Part shown: positions 30,101 through 42,653 of the stretch, piece by piece
Layout of the letters: the number at the start of each line of letters is the position of its first letter
How positions within the stretch are numbered: the stretch's first letter is position 1
Source: a virus
Virus record (IMG/VR): IMGVR_UViG_3300028590_000009
Coordinates: 21,055-85,054 of that record
Strand: one strand, 5' to 3'
DNA length: 64,000 nucleotides
Translations under genes and position numbers: made by a program
Notes under the pieces: model-generated
The model's input: only the letters and a program-made list of their open reading frames with translations
Told to the model about the DNA's origin: nothing
The model's database searches: none

Positions 30101-32445
30101 CCGCAAACTTCAGGCCATGCGCGTCCGCGACATCGGCAACAGCGCGTGGGCCGCCCTCGATCCCACCGAAATCGACATCCAGGAGCTACTGAAATGACCG
30201 AGCCCGTCAAGATCGACCGCAAACACGTCCACCTCCTCGTCGGCGACATGGCGATAGGTGAAAGCGGATCCATCGGTATCGAACACATCTACATCGACGC
30301 CGACATGAACGTGTGGCTCGCATCCGATGCGCCACTCGACACCCAGTTCGACGCGGGAGTTGTTCGGCAAGAAGACGGCTGGCACCTGGTCATCGAGACA
30401 GGGCAGCGACTGGCCCGCAACGACGACCTCGGATTCCAGTCCATCACACCCGTCGTCGCCGTGCATGTCGCCGAGCCGAAGCCGAGGGTTGCCGCATGAG
30501 CCTGAAGAAGATCGAAGAGTACGAAACCCGCGTCAGCACGAAGTATTTCGATGTCGCTGGCATAGGCATGAACCTCGGTGACCTGCGCGCCATCGTCGCC
30601 GCTTGCGAAGGCTTGGACGACAGTGCAGACATCCACGTTTCCGGGCTCACCAAGACGAGTGAAGACGGCCAGTACTGGCTCGACAAGATGCGCGTACGGA
30701 TGCTGCGGAACGTCGATGACCCTGCCTGAGTTGATCGCGGAAGCCTGGGCGACCGACCGCGACCTGTACGAAGTCCTCGTGGAACACGGGCTTGCGCCGA
30801 TCCCGCCGCGCGGATGGCAGTTCGGGCCAGGACCGGACGCGTTACGGATACCCGTCGCCCTGTTCGCGAACCTGCACGACCACCTCGACTACTACGGCAT
30901 CACCGAAATAGGGGACTGACATGGCATCGAAGAAGAAGCTGCGGAAGCGGATCCGCGAAATGGAAGCGCAACGCGACCTGTGGCGCAACGCCGTCGAAGG
31001 CCGCGACCGGAAATACAACGAACTGCGCGACAACGGGCGCTACCTCGCCGTATTCCTCACCGATCGTGTACTCAACCCGGGATGCCTCGACGGATCACCC
31101 ATCGAAGCGACCGAACTCCGTGTGCGCGTGGATGCGCTGGAGAAGCTGACCAGTGATGGTGCATGGTCGTTGCAGCAGCTGTTGGAGTTGCGGAGCAAGT
31201 TGGTTGTCGACCGTTTCAGGGAGTTCATCGAGATCGCCGAAGCTGCCGAAACGAAGCTCGATCCGGCCGAGGGCGAAGACCGCGATTGGGTGGATGACCT
31301 GCCAGACGAGGCACCGGAACTCGCCAAGGTTGCCGCCAAATCGCCTCGATACACGCGCGCGCGAGAAGCCTTGTCGCCTGCCGCTGTCGCATGGATCGAC
31401 ACCTATTCCATCGACCCGAAAGCCGAGGCGGCATGAGCGCGGGCGCCGTTCCGGTCAAGTGGGTCATGTGCTGGGACTGTCAAGGCGACGAAGGCGAAGT
31501 AGTCGACGGGAACTGGATCGACTGCGAATGCTGCCAAGGCGAAGGCGGACACCCGCTCTACGTGGACTGGTCCTGCACCTGCGAACCACGCGACGACGAG
31601 AAGGAGGCGGCATGAGCTACGACGACGAAGACGAGCAGGAATCCGCACGCGAGGCCAGTCTCCAGCGCGCACTGGACGAGCCGATGCCGGACGATCTCAA
31701 GTCCGCGATTGCAGACCTGATCGAACCGCACACGATGAACATGTACCTCGATCACGGGGACACGATGACGTGCATCGAGGTCGCGTTCCCTGTCATTCGG
31801 GAGTGGCTGCGGGAACACGGGGAGATCGCGGCATGACCGCCACCTGCTGGTGTGGTCGACCATCTCACAACGACCTGCTCGACGGCTGTGTCGGTGACGG
31901 ATTCCTGCAGGCCATGTTCGCGCCGCCCGACTTCAACACGATGATCAAAACCATGATCCTCATGTACGGGGATCTACTCGCGATGGCTGCCGATGGTGAC
32001 GAGCAGGCCGCGCAGTTCATCAGGGAGAACCCGTTGCCGAAACCGAGTGTTGAGCAGGACCGAGCGATGCTGCGACTGGCCGGCATGGACGTGACAGCGG
32101 ACGACGTGCGGTCGATGCGGGCGCATTACGGCGGCAGTGAGGTGGCGGCGTGAGCAGGACAACCTTCACCCTGTACGCGCGCCGTGACGACCGCGGCATC
32201 GAGCAGTTCTATGCCGCCCTCTATCGCGTATTTCAGGCGGCCGATACGGAACGGCCTGGACTGGTCTGGCATCCGCAGGAGTTCGGCGTGAACGCCAAAT
32301 GCTACGAGGTCGAATGCGAGGGATTCGACGTCGACGTACAGCAGTTGATGAACGACATCGAATGGGACTGGCCGAAATCAGTCACTGTGTTCGCGCCGAT
32401 CACGCACATCGAAATGTATCGACCGACAGCAGGCAAGGAAGCGGC

Positions 32446-32952
32446 ATGAGGCAAACCAAGCTGCAAGCAGGGCTCGACCGGGATGAGGCCATCGCCAAGA
32501 AGGCGCAGGGTGTCGAACATGCGCACGGCGACGAACCCGAAGCCTGCGAGAGCGAGCGATGCGCGCACGATCGGAACATCGAGCCGTCGCGCGCGCTGAA
32601 GATCTTCGCAGCGTTGCGCAAGGTGCTGGACGAGCATCGCGAAAAGAACGGCTACTGCGACACCTGCCGCCACTACGACTACGCATACAGCTACGACCCT
32701 GTCCCATACCCGTGCCCGACCGTGCAAGCCCTCGAAAGCATCTACACCGACGACCCCGAACCGCGCTACTACACAGTCCACGTCACCTGGTCCGAAGAGG
32801 ACAGCGAACACGTCGGCACCTGCCCCGCCTTCCCGTCACTGTCCTACCTCGCGCCAGGGTATTTCGACGCACTCCAAGGCATACATCAGCTGGTGCAAAA
32901 CGTGATCGCGGACATGAACAGCCGTGGCGAACCATTGCCCGAGGAGAAGTGA
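32446..32952 (+). CDS. Phage CxxC..PCPT domain fused to HicB-like N-terminal domain
   Basis: C-terminal YYTVHVTWSEEDSEHVGTCPAFPSLSYLA..DALQGI..LV..VIADM...GEPLP. Confidence 0.75.
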   Translation: MRQTKLQAGLDRDEAIAKKAQGVEHAHGDEPEACESERCAHDRNIEPSRALKIFAALRKVLDEHREKNGYCDTCRHYDYAYSYDPVPYPCPTVQALESIYTDDPEPRYYTVHVTWSEEDSEHVGTCPAFPSLSYLAPGYFDALQGIHQLVQNVIADMNSRGEPLPEEK

Positions 32953-33620
32953 GACGACATGGATGAATACGTGATCGGCCCGCGTTTCGGCCCCGACGAC
33001 TGCGGCATGATCCCCGACACGCCTGAATACCGGGATCACGTGCAGGCGTTGGAGTTGGCGTGGGACCACGAAGCACGCCCGGACTGGCAGGTCACCGTTG
33101 GCAACACGGAGGCGGCGTGAGCGACTTCCCACTGATGCGCCGCCCGCTCGGCAGCGACTGGCACGACACCTTCGACGCACCCACCGTCACCGTCAACAGT
33201 TGGTGCACGAACACGACCGTCGCGACAGGCAGCCTGCCGAGCGAGATCAAATGGACCAACCCGCACATCACCTTCGACAGCGTGCGGTTCCAGCTCTACG
33301 GGCTCGACGGACGCACCTACACGCTCACGGGTCGGCACCTTCAGCCTGGCGATCGTCTGGACCTCGAACCCGCGGACGATGGTTACGTGTTGACCGTGAC
33401 GCGCGGGGATGAGACGTTCACGCATCAGCTACGGCCAGACGAGCAGGATGAAGCGGCGTGAGGCTGCGATGCCTGATCGGCTGGCATCAATGGCGGTCCA
33501 TCATGCACATCTACCCGCCCGGCCTCTACGCCCACGAGCGCGAGGCAGGCTGGTTCGAGCAGCGATGCAGGCGTTGCGACGCGCCATGGAGGCCACGGCG
33601 CGAATTCCCGATCGAGATCC

Positions 33621-34037
33621 GTGAGCCGTGAATACCCGCCAGGAGTGAACATGTCGCAGCCCGCCGATATCCTGCCCATGCGCCGCATCCTCGTCTCGGG
33701 TTCGCGTGACTGGACCGACGTCGACCGTGTCCGCAACGCCCTCCGGCACGCCTGGGCATACCTCCAGCCCGGACCCATCACGCTCGTGCACGGTGCAGCC
33801 CGCGGACTCGACACCATCGCCGGACGCGTCTGGACCGGAGGCAACCTGCCGGTCGAAGTCCATCCCGCCGACTGGAACAAGCACGGGAAAGGCGCCGGCC
33901 CGATCCGCAATCAAGCCATGGTCGACCTGGGCGCCGATTTGCTGGTTGCGTTCCCGCTCGGGGCTTCCATCGGCACCCGAGACTGTATCCGGCGCGCGAA
34001 GGCCGCAGGGATCATCGTGTGGGAAGTGGAAGGCTGA
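33621..34037 (+). CDS. DUF2493 / YspA-like SLOG family protein
   Basis: ILVSGSRDW, LVHGAARGLD, HPADW..HGK.AGPIRN..MV, GT.DCI..A. Confidence 0.9.
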   Translation: MSREYPPGVNMSQPADILPMRRILVSGSRDWTDVDRVRNALRHAWAYLQPGPITLVHGAARGLDTIAGRVWTGGNLPVEVHPADWNKHGKGAGPIRNQAMVDLGADLLVAFPLGASIGTRDCIRRAKAAGIIVWEVEG

Positions 34038-34162
34038 CTACTCGGACGGCCGCTTCGCCCGCTGATAGTTGCCATCCACCCGCTCGAAACAAGGCGCGCA
34101 CATCATCTTGTCCGCCTCGCGCACGGGCCGTTCACCGCACAGGCTGCATAGCTTCGGTTCGC

Positions 34163-34672
34163 TCACCAACCGATCCTACGACTCGTCTGAAACGCCTCCC
34201 GCGACGACCAACCCTCCAACTCCACCACACGAGCAAGTAGCCGGCGCGTCAACCGCAACCACTCCGCGACATCATCATCCGCCAGGCCATCCAACACCAG
34301 GGCGCGCACGATCTCGTCATACACAGGGACCGCGGCCTCATAAACGTCGCAGCCGGTCGGAGTCAACACGGCCTCTTTCGTGCGCCCATCCCAACGGCCC
34401 GCTATCCGACGCACCAAACCGCGCCGCTCCAAACCGTCAACACGGTGGGATAGTCGCGACCGTGACGAATCGACACCTGCTGCCAGCGCGGACATGGTGA
34501 GCCGATGTCGTGGCTGATCCGCCAACTCGTCCAAGATCCTGAATTCGATGTGTGTCAGGGAGCATTCGTGCCGTAGACCCGCGTCGACCGCATACCCGAG
34601 GTGCGCGGTGAGGGACACGAAACTCGTCCAGGCTTGTTGCCGCGGATTACTGGCAGGAGTGTATTCGAGCAT
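34163..34672 (-). CDS. MarR family transcriptional regulator
   Basis: LTHIEFRIL..L..MSALA....SRSRLSHRVDGLERRGLVRR...DGR....LT..G. Confidence 0.9.
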   Translation of the reverse strand: MLEYTPASNPRQQAWTSFVSLTAHLGYAVDAGLRHECSLTHIEFRILDELADQPRHRLTMSALAAGVDSSRSRLSHRVDGLERRGLVRRIAGRWDGRTKEAVLTPTGCDVYEAAVPVYDEIVRALVLDGLADDDVAEWLRLTRRLLARVVELEGWSSREAFQTSRRIGW

Positions 34673-34759
34673 CGCGCCACCCTCATCGGTTCGTTCCTGC
34701 CTCCACTGTCGCAACTCGACGACGTACGCGCAGCAAATTCGGGGAAACCGGATGATGCA

Positions 34760-37038
34760 TCATGAGATCGAGACCGGGCGCGACTTCTCACAATGGCAAT
34801 GCTCATCCAACGGCGGCGTGTACACGACCTTCCCGCAATCACACTGATGCGTTCGATGACCGATGCGACCAGGCGCGACACACGGCACCCAACCAGCTGT
34901 CACCTGACGATTCGCCAGGATATGACCATCAGGGCAGCGGACAGGTTTCGGCTCGACCCAGTTCCCCTCGCCCAGGCGCACGAGCTGCCGGGGATCCTCG
35001 ACTCGCCTGCCCTGGACCACGTAATGCTGCCGCATCCGACCATCCTGACATCGAGGGGTGACAAGGCGGCTACAGTCAGTTGGTCAATGAGCGATCGGCG
35101 ACGGTTACCCCAAACGCGACAGTGCCCCGAACCATCGCACGGTTCGGGGCACTGTTGTAGGTCGATCAATCCGCGGACTGCACATGTCGAGCTGCCGCGA
35201 TCATCGCCGCAGCCTGCCGCAACGCGAGCTTCGGACTCGCGGGATTGCCGACACCCAATGATGCGACTCGTCCATGCTCGTCCAGTTTCACTGTCGCGAA
35301 CTTGTCCACCTCGCTCACGGGCCACCTCGGGTCGCCAAAGTCGTCTGTAGCCGCCGTGGGCAACTCCACGATCGCGTGCCGCCCTCGCGGCGCGACCAGG
35401 AAAACGTTCATCACCGCGTCGGCTTGCCGTCGGTCGTTGTCGTTCACCCGCGCGGTCACGCCACGACGCGACGCAGCCAACACCTTCGCGAGCGCTTCCC
35501 GAATGCCTTCATCCATCTCGCTTTTCCTGCTCTCGCTCATTCTTCGGCTTCCGCTTGTATTCCATCCCCGACGGGATCGGCTGTGCAGCATTCGACTCCC
35601 GTTGAGCCTGCCGACGACGCCACGCGGACAAATCGGGGCGTTCGGCACCGGTCGCATCCCGACGCTGCAACAGTCGCTCCTTGCGCTGCTCATCCGTCGG
35701 CTCCACCCACTGATGCCATCCCACCTCGGGATGCCACAACTGCACATGCCTCTCGCGATCCTCGCCGCACCAATGGCAGCCGTTCGGGTTGATCGGAGGT
35801 TGCAGGCGTGCCATCAGGCATCCTCGGCGAGCTTCAAGAACGCATTGACTGCGGAACGAAGCTCGCGCGCAGTATCAACGCCGCTACGGGCCGCGAACTT
35901 GTCACCCGCATCCCGCACTGCGAACACCGCCCGCCGAACGGTCTGCGTTCTGCGATACTCCACCACCTGCGGGTCATCCCACGGGGCCAACTCGACACCA
36001 CGCGCCCACGAGCCAGCACTAGGCCGCCGATGCAGCCAAACCGCCTCACCATGCGTCCAGGTGCGACTGACATTGAACTTCTCGACACGGTCATTCACGG
36101 TGACCGTGACATCGCGTTTACCGATGCGGGTCACAGTCGCGGGATAAACGGATTCACGCCCGCTCTCGCCCGACACGTGAGCAACCTGCGCCCCCTCGGT
36201 GAGCCATTCGAGGCCGGTCGATTCGGTCATGATGCTTACTCCTTCGGATGGATGGGTTGGGGGTGGTGGCTGTCGCACACGGGGACATCGTCGGCCCCTC
36301 TGCACGCCGTTGGGCAGGGCGCCAGCCACCACGAGTCAGGGACGGATCGGGTGTGCAGCCCGGAAGCGTCGCCAACGCCGCACGGCCACACTGTGGCATT
36401 CGTCGTCGTCGCTTCGGCACGCGCAGGTGGGGCGGAAACGGCCGAGGACGCGACGCCCGTCGAGCAGGGCCATCGCCTTGCAGAGACGGGTGGGGCCGAT
36501 CGACGTCAGGTCTGAATCGACCGCGTAGTAGTAGGTTTCGCCGTCGAAATCCCACCGCATGATGTGGATGCAGCGGTCGTTGAAGTAGGAGTAGCGGGTC
36601 TCGATGACGCGCTCGGTGGTGTCGGCGGTGGCGATCATCGGGACTCCTTGGGTTTAGAGATGCAGGGGAAGGTCAGGCGCCGACGAGGTGGGCGGTGCGG
36701 TTGTAGGCAGCGAACCCGGCCTTGAGGGCGGGATCGGCGGGGGAGTAGGCGAACACGCGGGTCGGGTGGCCGTTGCGTGCGGTCCACACCTGTACGGGGG
36801 CGGCACCGGTGAGGGCGATGAATGCGGCCTTGACCTTCTTGCCAGCGTGGGAGGCGTAGCGGCGCAGCAGGTCTTCGTCGGCGCCGAGCTGGCCGAGTGC
36901 GGTGGTGATGGTGACGAGGGTTCCGGTGCCGAGGAAGCGGGTGGTGGCTGCGACGAGGGCGTGTTGGATGCGTCGACGCAGGGCCTTGGCGTTGGCGCGG
37001 CGGGTGGCGGTGCTGGCGCGGTAGGTGCTGCGGATCAT
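34760..37038 (-). other. Leftward operon of hypothetical genes (36673-37038, 36336-36638, 35814-36230, 35509-35814, 35166-35516, 34760-35035)
   Basis: AAGGAG RBS before several starts; overlaps. Confidence 0.65.
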
Positions 37039-37131
37039 CGGGGGCTCCTTCGGTAGCGGCTGATGTCTTCGACTGTACACTCAGTTTACGAACTGCACAA
37101 TATGCTAGGTCATAAACTATGGCGGACCTGC

Positions 37132-37410
37132 TCACCCCTCGTCATCGGGCCGCCCCAACGCCGTCAGAATGTCGCCCAACAGGATCGGCAACGCCGGATC
37201 ATGCAGGGTTCGCCCCGACCTCACGTCACGCTGCACGAACTCGACACCCTTGCGATGCGCGTTGATGAGCATGGCGAGCACTTTGGCGCTCTGGTTGTAC
37301 AAATCCGCCTTCGACAAGCCTGTTTGTGCCGCCAACTCGTTCATGTACTGCATGGTGAAGGCGGTCTGAGTGAACGTGAGCCGGCGATCCGCGGGCTTAC
37401 CGTCGCTCAT
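37132..37410 (-). CDS. Ribbon-helix-helix-like DNA-binding protein
   Basis: RRLTFTQT..MQYMNELAAQTGLSKADLYNQS. Confidence 0.6.
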   Translation of the reverse strand: MSDGKPADRRLTFTQTAFTMQYMNELAAQTGLSKADLYNQSAKVLAMLINAHRKGVEFVQRDVRSGRTLHDPALPILLGDILTALGRPDDEG

Positions 37411-37560
37411 GTCGGCCCGGTCGAGCTGGGGGATCGGTCGGGGTTCACGGGGGCTCCTCGGGTCGGCGTCGGGACCGCTCGAATGTACGCTCAGTTGACA
37501 CGCTAGACAAGAGTGCAGGCCATGAACCGGATCGGTTACGAATCCGTGACTGATCGAGTA

Positions 37561-37590
37561 TTGTCTACATCGCACACTTCAGTTTAGGCT
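37561..37590 (+). promoter_or_regulatory. SigA-like promoter
   Basis: TTGTCT-N18-TAGGCT upstream of rightward operon. Confidence 0.55.
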
Positions 37591-37636
37591 GTGAACACAA
37601 ACCGGCTGGCACCGGAAATCGACCCCTGGAGGACAC

Positions 37637-40600
37637 GTGCGAGACGACGAGGATTTCTACGAGCGGATCGACGCCTACCACCGTGAATGCGGCGGCCAAG
37701 GCTGCGGCATCTGCGGCTACAGCGGCGAAATCGCTGTCCGAGTGCGACTGGAGGACATCGCGTGAACATCACACGGCAGGTACAGAACCTCCTCGACACC
37801 AACGACATCCGCGTAACTGGACGCGTCGGCAGTGACGCCTACTTCGCGGGCGAATGCGACGAATGCACCGCCCTCGGCGTGGTCCACATCGAAACCGTGA
37901 TCCCCGTCGGCATCGGCGTGGTCCGCGAAGACGGCACCTACTGCCTGCACTGCGCCATCGAGCACATCGACGAACTCACATGGCTGGGCAACACCGACGA
38001 CATCACCGTCACCGTCCCCGCGTCCCTGATCGACGCCATCAACCCGCTCGCCGCCTGAAAGGCCACATCATGCGCGAATTCACCGAACTCGACGTCCGTC
38101 AGCTGCTCCAGCTCCCCGCCGACACCTTCCGCGTCCTCGTCGACATCGACTGGGACGGCGACGACTTCAAAGACGTCCCCTGCTTCACCGACGACAGCCT
38201 CCCCGCCGCGATCCTCGTCAACTGGCAGGAACCCGCCGACCCGGAAGAACTCACCGAACACGGCTTCCGACCGGGCCACATCCTGCACGAGGAAGCCTAT
38301 TCGGCGACCCACATGGCGGCTGCTCTCGCCCGAATCGTGGACGTGGCAGGCGATCACGACGGGGCGATAGAGGTCACCGTCAACTACTGGTGGCTGGCGT
38401 ATGCGATGCCCGCCCAGGTTGCTGCGTGATCGGGCGCACGGACGACGGACGGGCTGTCACCCATCTCGGTGACGGCCCGATCCGGGACCACGAAGGCTAC
38501 GTCGTCGACACGGCGGTAGCTGACGGCGCGCACCTCATGCAGTTGCGGATTGCGCTCGACAACACGCCCTGTCGCGGCATCCGCGCAGACCTGAATACGC
38601 AAGCAGTGGCCGAACTTCGGGACCGCTGCAACCAATTCCTCACAATCCAGGAGACGAAATGACGAGCCTCGAAAAGGTCGCGCCGAACGCGACCCTTCCC
38701 AGCGAGTATCGCCCGTTCACGGTCGCCGATCTCGGTATCGGCGCTTCAGGATGGGTGGTTCCGTGGGCGTTGATCGTGGACAGCGAAAACCGGATGTGGA
38801 TCAACCCGCGCCACACCGTCGCGTCGGATCGCCAGGGCATGTCGAGCGTGTTCGTGTCCCGTTGGCACGACGGCTACCACGTGACGATCGATGAGCCCGA
38901 GATCCGATACGTGTGCCGCATCGACGCAGGATCGCCCGACGCCAAGGCCGTTGTCGGACTGACCATCTACGAAGCGGAGAAGAAGTGATGCAGATCCCGA
39001 ATCCGATCCGCGCCATCCTGTCCCGTCTCACCGCCTATTCGGGCGAGTCCGCGGAGCAACGGTTGCTTGCTCGCCTGTCTGACCTCGCCGCTGATCTCAC
39101 CTGGGAGTTGAACCCGCGCGGGCAGCAACTCGCGGCAGCCGTCGACACCTACAAGATGGAGACCGGGCGATGAGCGAGCATGTCACCGAATCCACTCGTT
39201 ATGCGATCCGTCTGCCCAATGGCGAACTGGCGGATGACTTCGTGGGCGATCGACACGACGCCTACCTGCACGCGCTGCCCGACGGTAACCGCCCGTACGT
39301 TTGGGACGAGGCAGGCGATGCCCGGAAGTGCTTCGAACGCATCGGTACCGAAGTCAACTTTCACGGCATGCGAGCCCTGTTCGAGGAGCATGCTGCTGTC
39401 GTCCGAATCGACATCCGCACCGTGCACACGATGGATGTACAGACCGTCGCCGAGGATGCCCCGATCGTGGAGGCGGAAGTCGCTGAGGTGAGCGTGCCGC
39501 GCTGGTTCGATCGCGCCGAGGATGTGCCCGTTGGTGTGCCAGTGCAGGCGGTCGGCTGGCCTTCGTCCGCGCCGCCCTTTATCCGCAACAGTGATGGCGT
39601 CTGGGGGCGTGTCGACGGCCTCTCGATGCATCTCCCGCCCGAGCAGGACCGGGACGCCTACCTCAATGGCGTATGGAGTCCGACCGGGACAGGGTTCGTG
39701 GAGATCCTGCCCGAGCCTGCCGAGCCCGGACCGCGCACGTGGGCGACGGCCGAGGAGATCCCCTTCGGTGCGCAGTTTCGAGGCGTCGACTCCATTTCGG
39801 GCGCGGTGCTCACTCGCGGCAGGGGCGGTGCACGCACCGACAACCCGAGCCCGATGACCGAGGGGTACCACTACTCGACGGACACGCTCAACGATTTGTG
39901 CCCCAAAGGTTTCGTGGAGGTTCTGTCGTGAACGGCCTCTATTGCGCATGGTGCAAGCACGTCATCGGCTCGGACGAGCCCACCTGCGAACACTGCCGAG
40001 ACGAATCCCCCTAAAGCCTGCCCACTCTGGCCGCAGCCCCAGGATTCGCGCGCTGGCTGGCCGAGTAGCAGGAGGAGCGCGGCGCCCGAGATGACCAACC
40101 TTTCGGGCGCCGCCCCTACCAACAGACAAGGAACCCAATGGAACTGACATTGAAAGTCCCCGGCAAAGTCGCCAACACAGACGACACCACCAGCTGGGAT
40201 CGCGGCGACATCGACATCACATTCGACACCGAATACGTCGAACTTACTTACTGGGCCAACCGTTCGACGCAGGGCGCTCGAATCCCCATTGCCGAATTCC
40301 TCGCCATCGCCGAACTCGTGAAAGCGCAGACGCGATGACCGACGACCTCGGTACGCAGATCGCCCTCGCCGCCGCGCATGGTCTGGCTGTCGAATTCAGC
40401 GGAACCACAGACCGCCTGATCACGACCCTGAAGCACGATTCCGACCGCTACCAGGTGATGTCGAACGCGCTGCGTGATTTCGCCGACCAGCTCGACAGCC
40501 GCGACACCGCTGAACGGCTCTACGCCCTCCTGTGCCGCATCGAAGAACTCGGCCCGGAACGCGCGGCAACCCTGTCGCGGCAAGTCAACTACTTCAACCC

Positions 40601-41483
40601 CGAAAGCCTCCGCATCGACCTCGATGCCGAATGGAGCGAATGATGCGCTGGCTGCACGAGAACACCGACAAGCAGCATCGCTGCCCGAAATGTCATTGCG
40701 TCATGCCGTGGCGGTACAGGCCCGTCCGCAAATGGCTGTTCGGGGACATGGAAGGGCTCACGGAACTTCTGTACCGCGATGGGCTGCGATGGCTTTGGCG
40801 CAAATGGAAGCGTATCGACATCCTTCTGCCCCGCCGCTGCCGTGAATGCATGGACGTGATCGCCGTCCCGACCTGGCTGGCTCGAATCCTCCGAATCAAG
40901 GAGTCCTGATGGACTACAACTTCCGCCTAATCCGCACCGTCTACGAACACCTGCTCGCTCACCCCGACGACCATGACCAGGGCACGTGGGCGCAATGCGT
41001 CGCAGGCCACACCATCCGCCTATCCGGGACTGATTGGGCGTTGATCCGCGACAGCCGCAAACATGTCGACGGCTCCGAAGTCACCAACATGCGTACCGGG
41101 GAACCCGCCGACACCGAAGACGTTGCCGCCGTCCTGCTCGGCATGGACATCACGCAAGCCCGCGGACTGTTCGCGTGCGACAACCGGTTGGCCGTCGACT
41201 GGTTGGGCGACATTCTGGCCGCGCACGAAACGATCGTCCTCGACCAGCTCGCCGCGGAGATGGCATGAGCAGCGTCGGCGGCTACTCCTCTCGACGTTAC
41301 GAGACTCTGGAAGACCTCGCCGAACGCCTCGACTGGACCGCGAAGAACAGTCCCGAGTTCGAGAAGGTGTTGCGCGAATACCTGGGCGTGCTGCACGGAA
41401 GCATGCAGATCCGGGCCGCGATGGACGACCATCAGCCGCCCGTCGAGCGCCGACACAACAACAAGCTGAGGAACGCGGCCTGA
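37637..41483 (+). other. Rightward array of small hypothetical genes (37637-37765, 37762-38058, 38070-38429, 38426-38662, 38659-38988, 39170-39931, 40138-40338, 40335-40643, 40909-41268, 41265-41483 and others)
   Basis: Coupled ORFs with RBS-like sequences. Confidence 0.7.
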
Positions 41484-41545
41484 CGGCGTCCTCGCTCGGA
41501 CTCAAGTAGCAAACTCCCTCAACCGTTTTCGGCGGGTGTCGCACG

Positions 41546-41575
41546 TTGTCTGCAACTCAGTGTGTACGCTAAACT
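41546..41575 (+). promoter_or_regulatory. SigA-like promoter
   Basis: TTGTCT-N18-TAAACT in intergenic gap. Confidence 0.6.
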
Positions 41576-41737
41576 TAAGTACACACCACAGACTCAACGA
41601 CGACACCCGCCACACTCACCCCCGGAGGACGACGTGAACACCAGAGCCATACTCCTCACCCCGATCGCCCTCCTCGCCGTGCCGATACTCCTGCTCGCCG
41701 GCATCATCCTCGCCATCGGTATTGCGGTGGTGCGCAA

Positions 41738-42082
41738 GTGAAGGCCCTGAAAGACGACCCGTTCAAAGGCGCCCCGTGCGTGAGTGAAGGCCACCAGCAG
41801 TGGATGGTCGAAAATCGGGGTGCGTCGCGTTGGGATTATGTGATTCCGGGGGAGTCGGAACGTCAGCAGGCGATTCGGCGGGCGTCGTCGGTGCGGGTGT
41901 GCAAGTCGTGTCCTGCGTTGAAGGCGTGCGAGGAGTTGCATGCGACGTTCGAGCGTATCGACGGGCATCGACCGTCTCAAATCTGGGCGGGCAAAGTGTA
42001 TTCGGAGAAGCTGCCGAAACTCGACAACGTTGACATGCCGCCGCTGCCCACCTACTCGCGTGACGAGTTGGAGGCGGCGTGA
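41738..42082 (+). CDS. WhiB-family (Wbl) regulator
   Basis: C..(long)..CKSCPALKAC..QIWAG. Confidence 0.75.
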   Translation: MKALKDDPFKGAPCVSEGHQQWMVENRGASRWDYVIPGESERQQAIRRASSVRVCKSCPALKACEELHATFERIDGHRPSQIWAGKVYSEKLPKLDNVDMPPLPTYSRDELEAA

Positions 42083-42653
42083 GCGAGCATCGGCAACGCG
42101 AATACCGCAAAACCGGGAGCACCTATACGGCGATCTGTGTGTGCGGGGTGCAGAAGTCAGGACCGGACCGGAACACGGCACAAGTGGCGCTGTACAGCCA
42201 CATCATCGATGCAGGTCGGGAATGCCCGACACCGGAGAAGAAACAGTATCCGTGCGAGGAACACGCCCGCAACGCCATCTACAGCTTCCTTCGCCGCCCC
42301 AAACCAGGTGCACGACCCGCACGGGTCTACCTGTGCCCGTCCGGGCGGCATTGGCACACGACGAAACAGGCGGCACCGGAAAGGCGGGCGGCATGAGCGC
42401 GCAAACAGGCGAGCGGGTCGAGTCGATCGAGCAGTTCGACTGGACGCGGCCGTGCGAATCCCGTGCCCACAAACAGAATCCGCCACCCGCCAACTTCCTG
42501 GTCGACATCCACGGCTGCCTTGCGAAATTCGCTTGCCTCGACTGTGTGCGCTTTGACCAGACGGAGTTCGCCCGCCACGGTGGGTTCACCTGTCGTCACT
42601 GCGGCAAGTTCTTTGCCACATGGGCGGAAGCGGAACAGGTGATGCCACTGTGA
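42079..42653 (+). other. Two Cys/His-rich small genes (42079-42396, 42393-42653)
   Basis: CPTPEKKQY..RVYLCPSG.HWH.T; CxxC motifs; 4-nt overlaps. Confidence 0.6.

Larger units (their letters stand above)
26231..33461 (+). other. Array of about 25 small coupled hypothetical genes (e.g. 26600-27088, 27133-27438, 27634-28005, 28629-29108, 29105-29551, 29548-29985, 30194-30499, 30921-31436, 31833-32153, 32150-32449, 33117-33461)
   Basis: Chain of ATGA/GTGA overlaps with embedded RBS. Confidence 0.7.
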
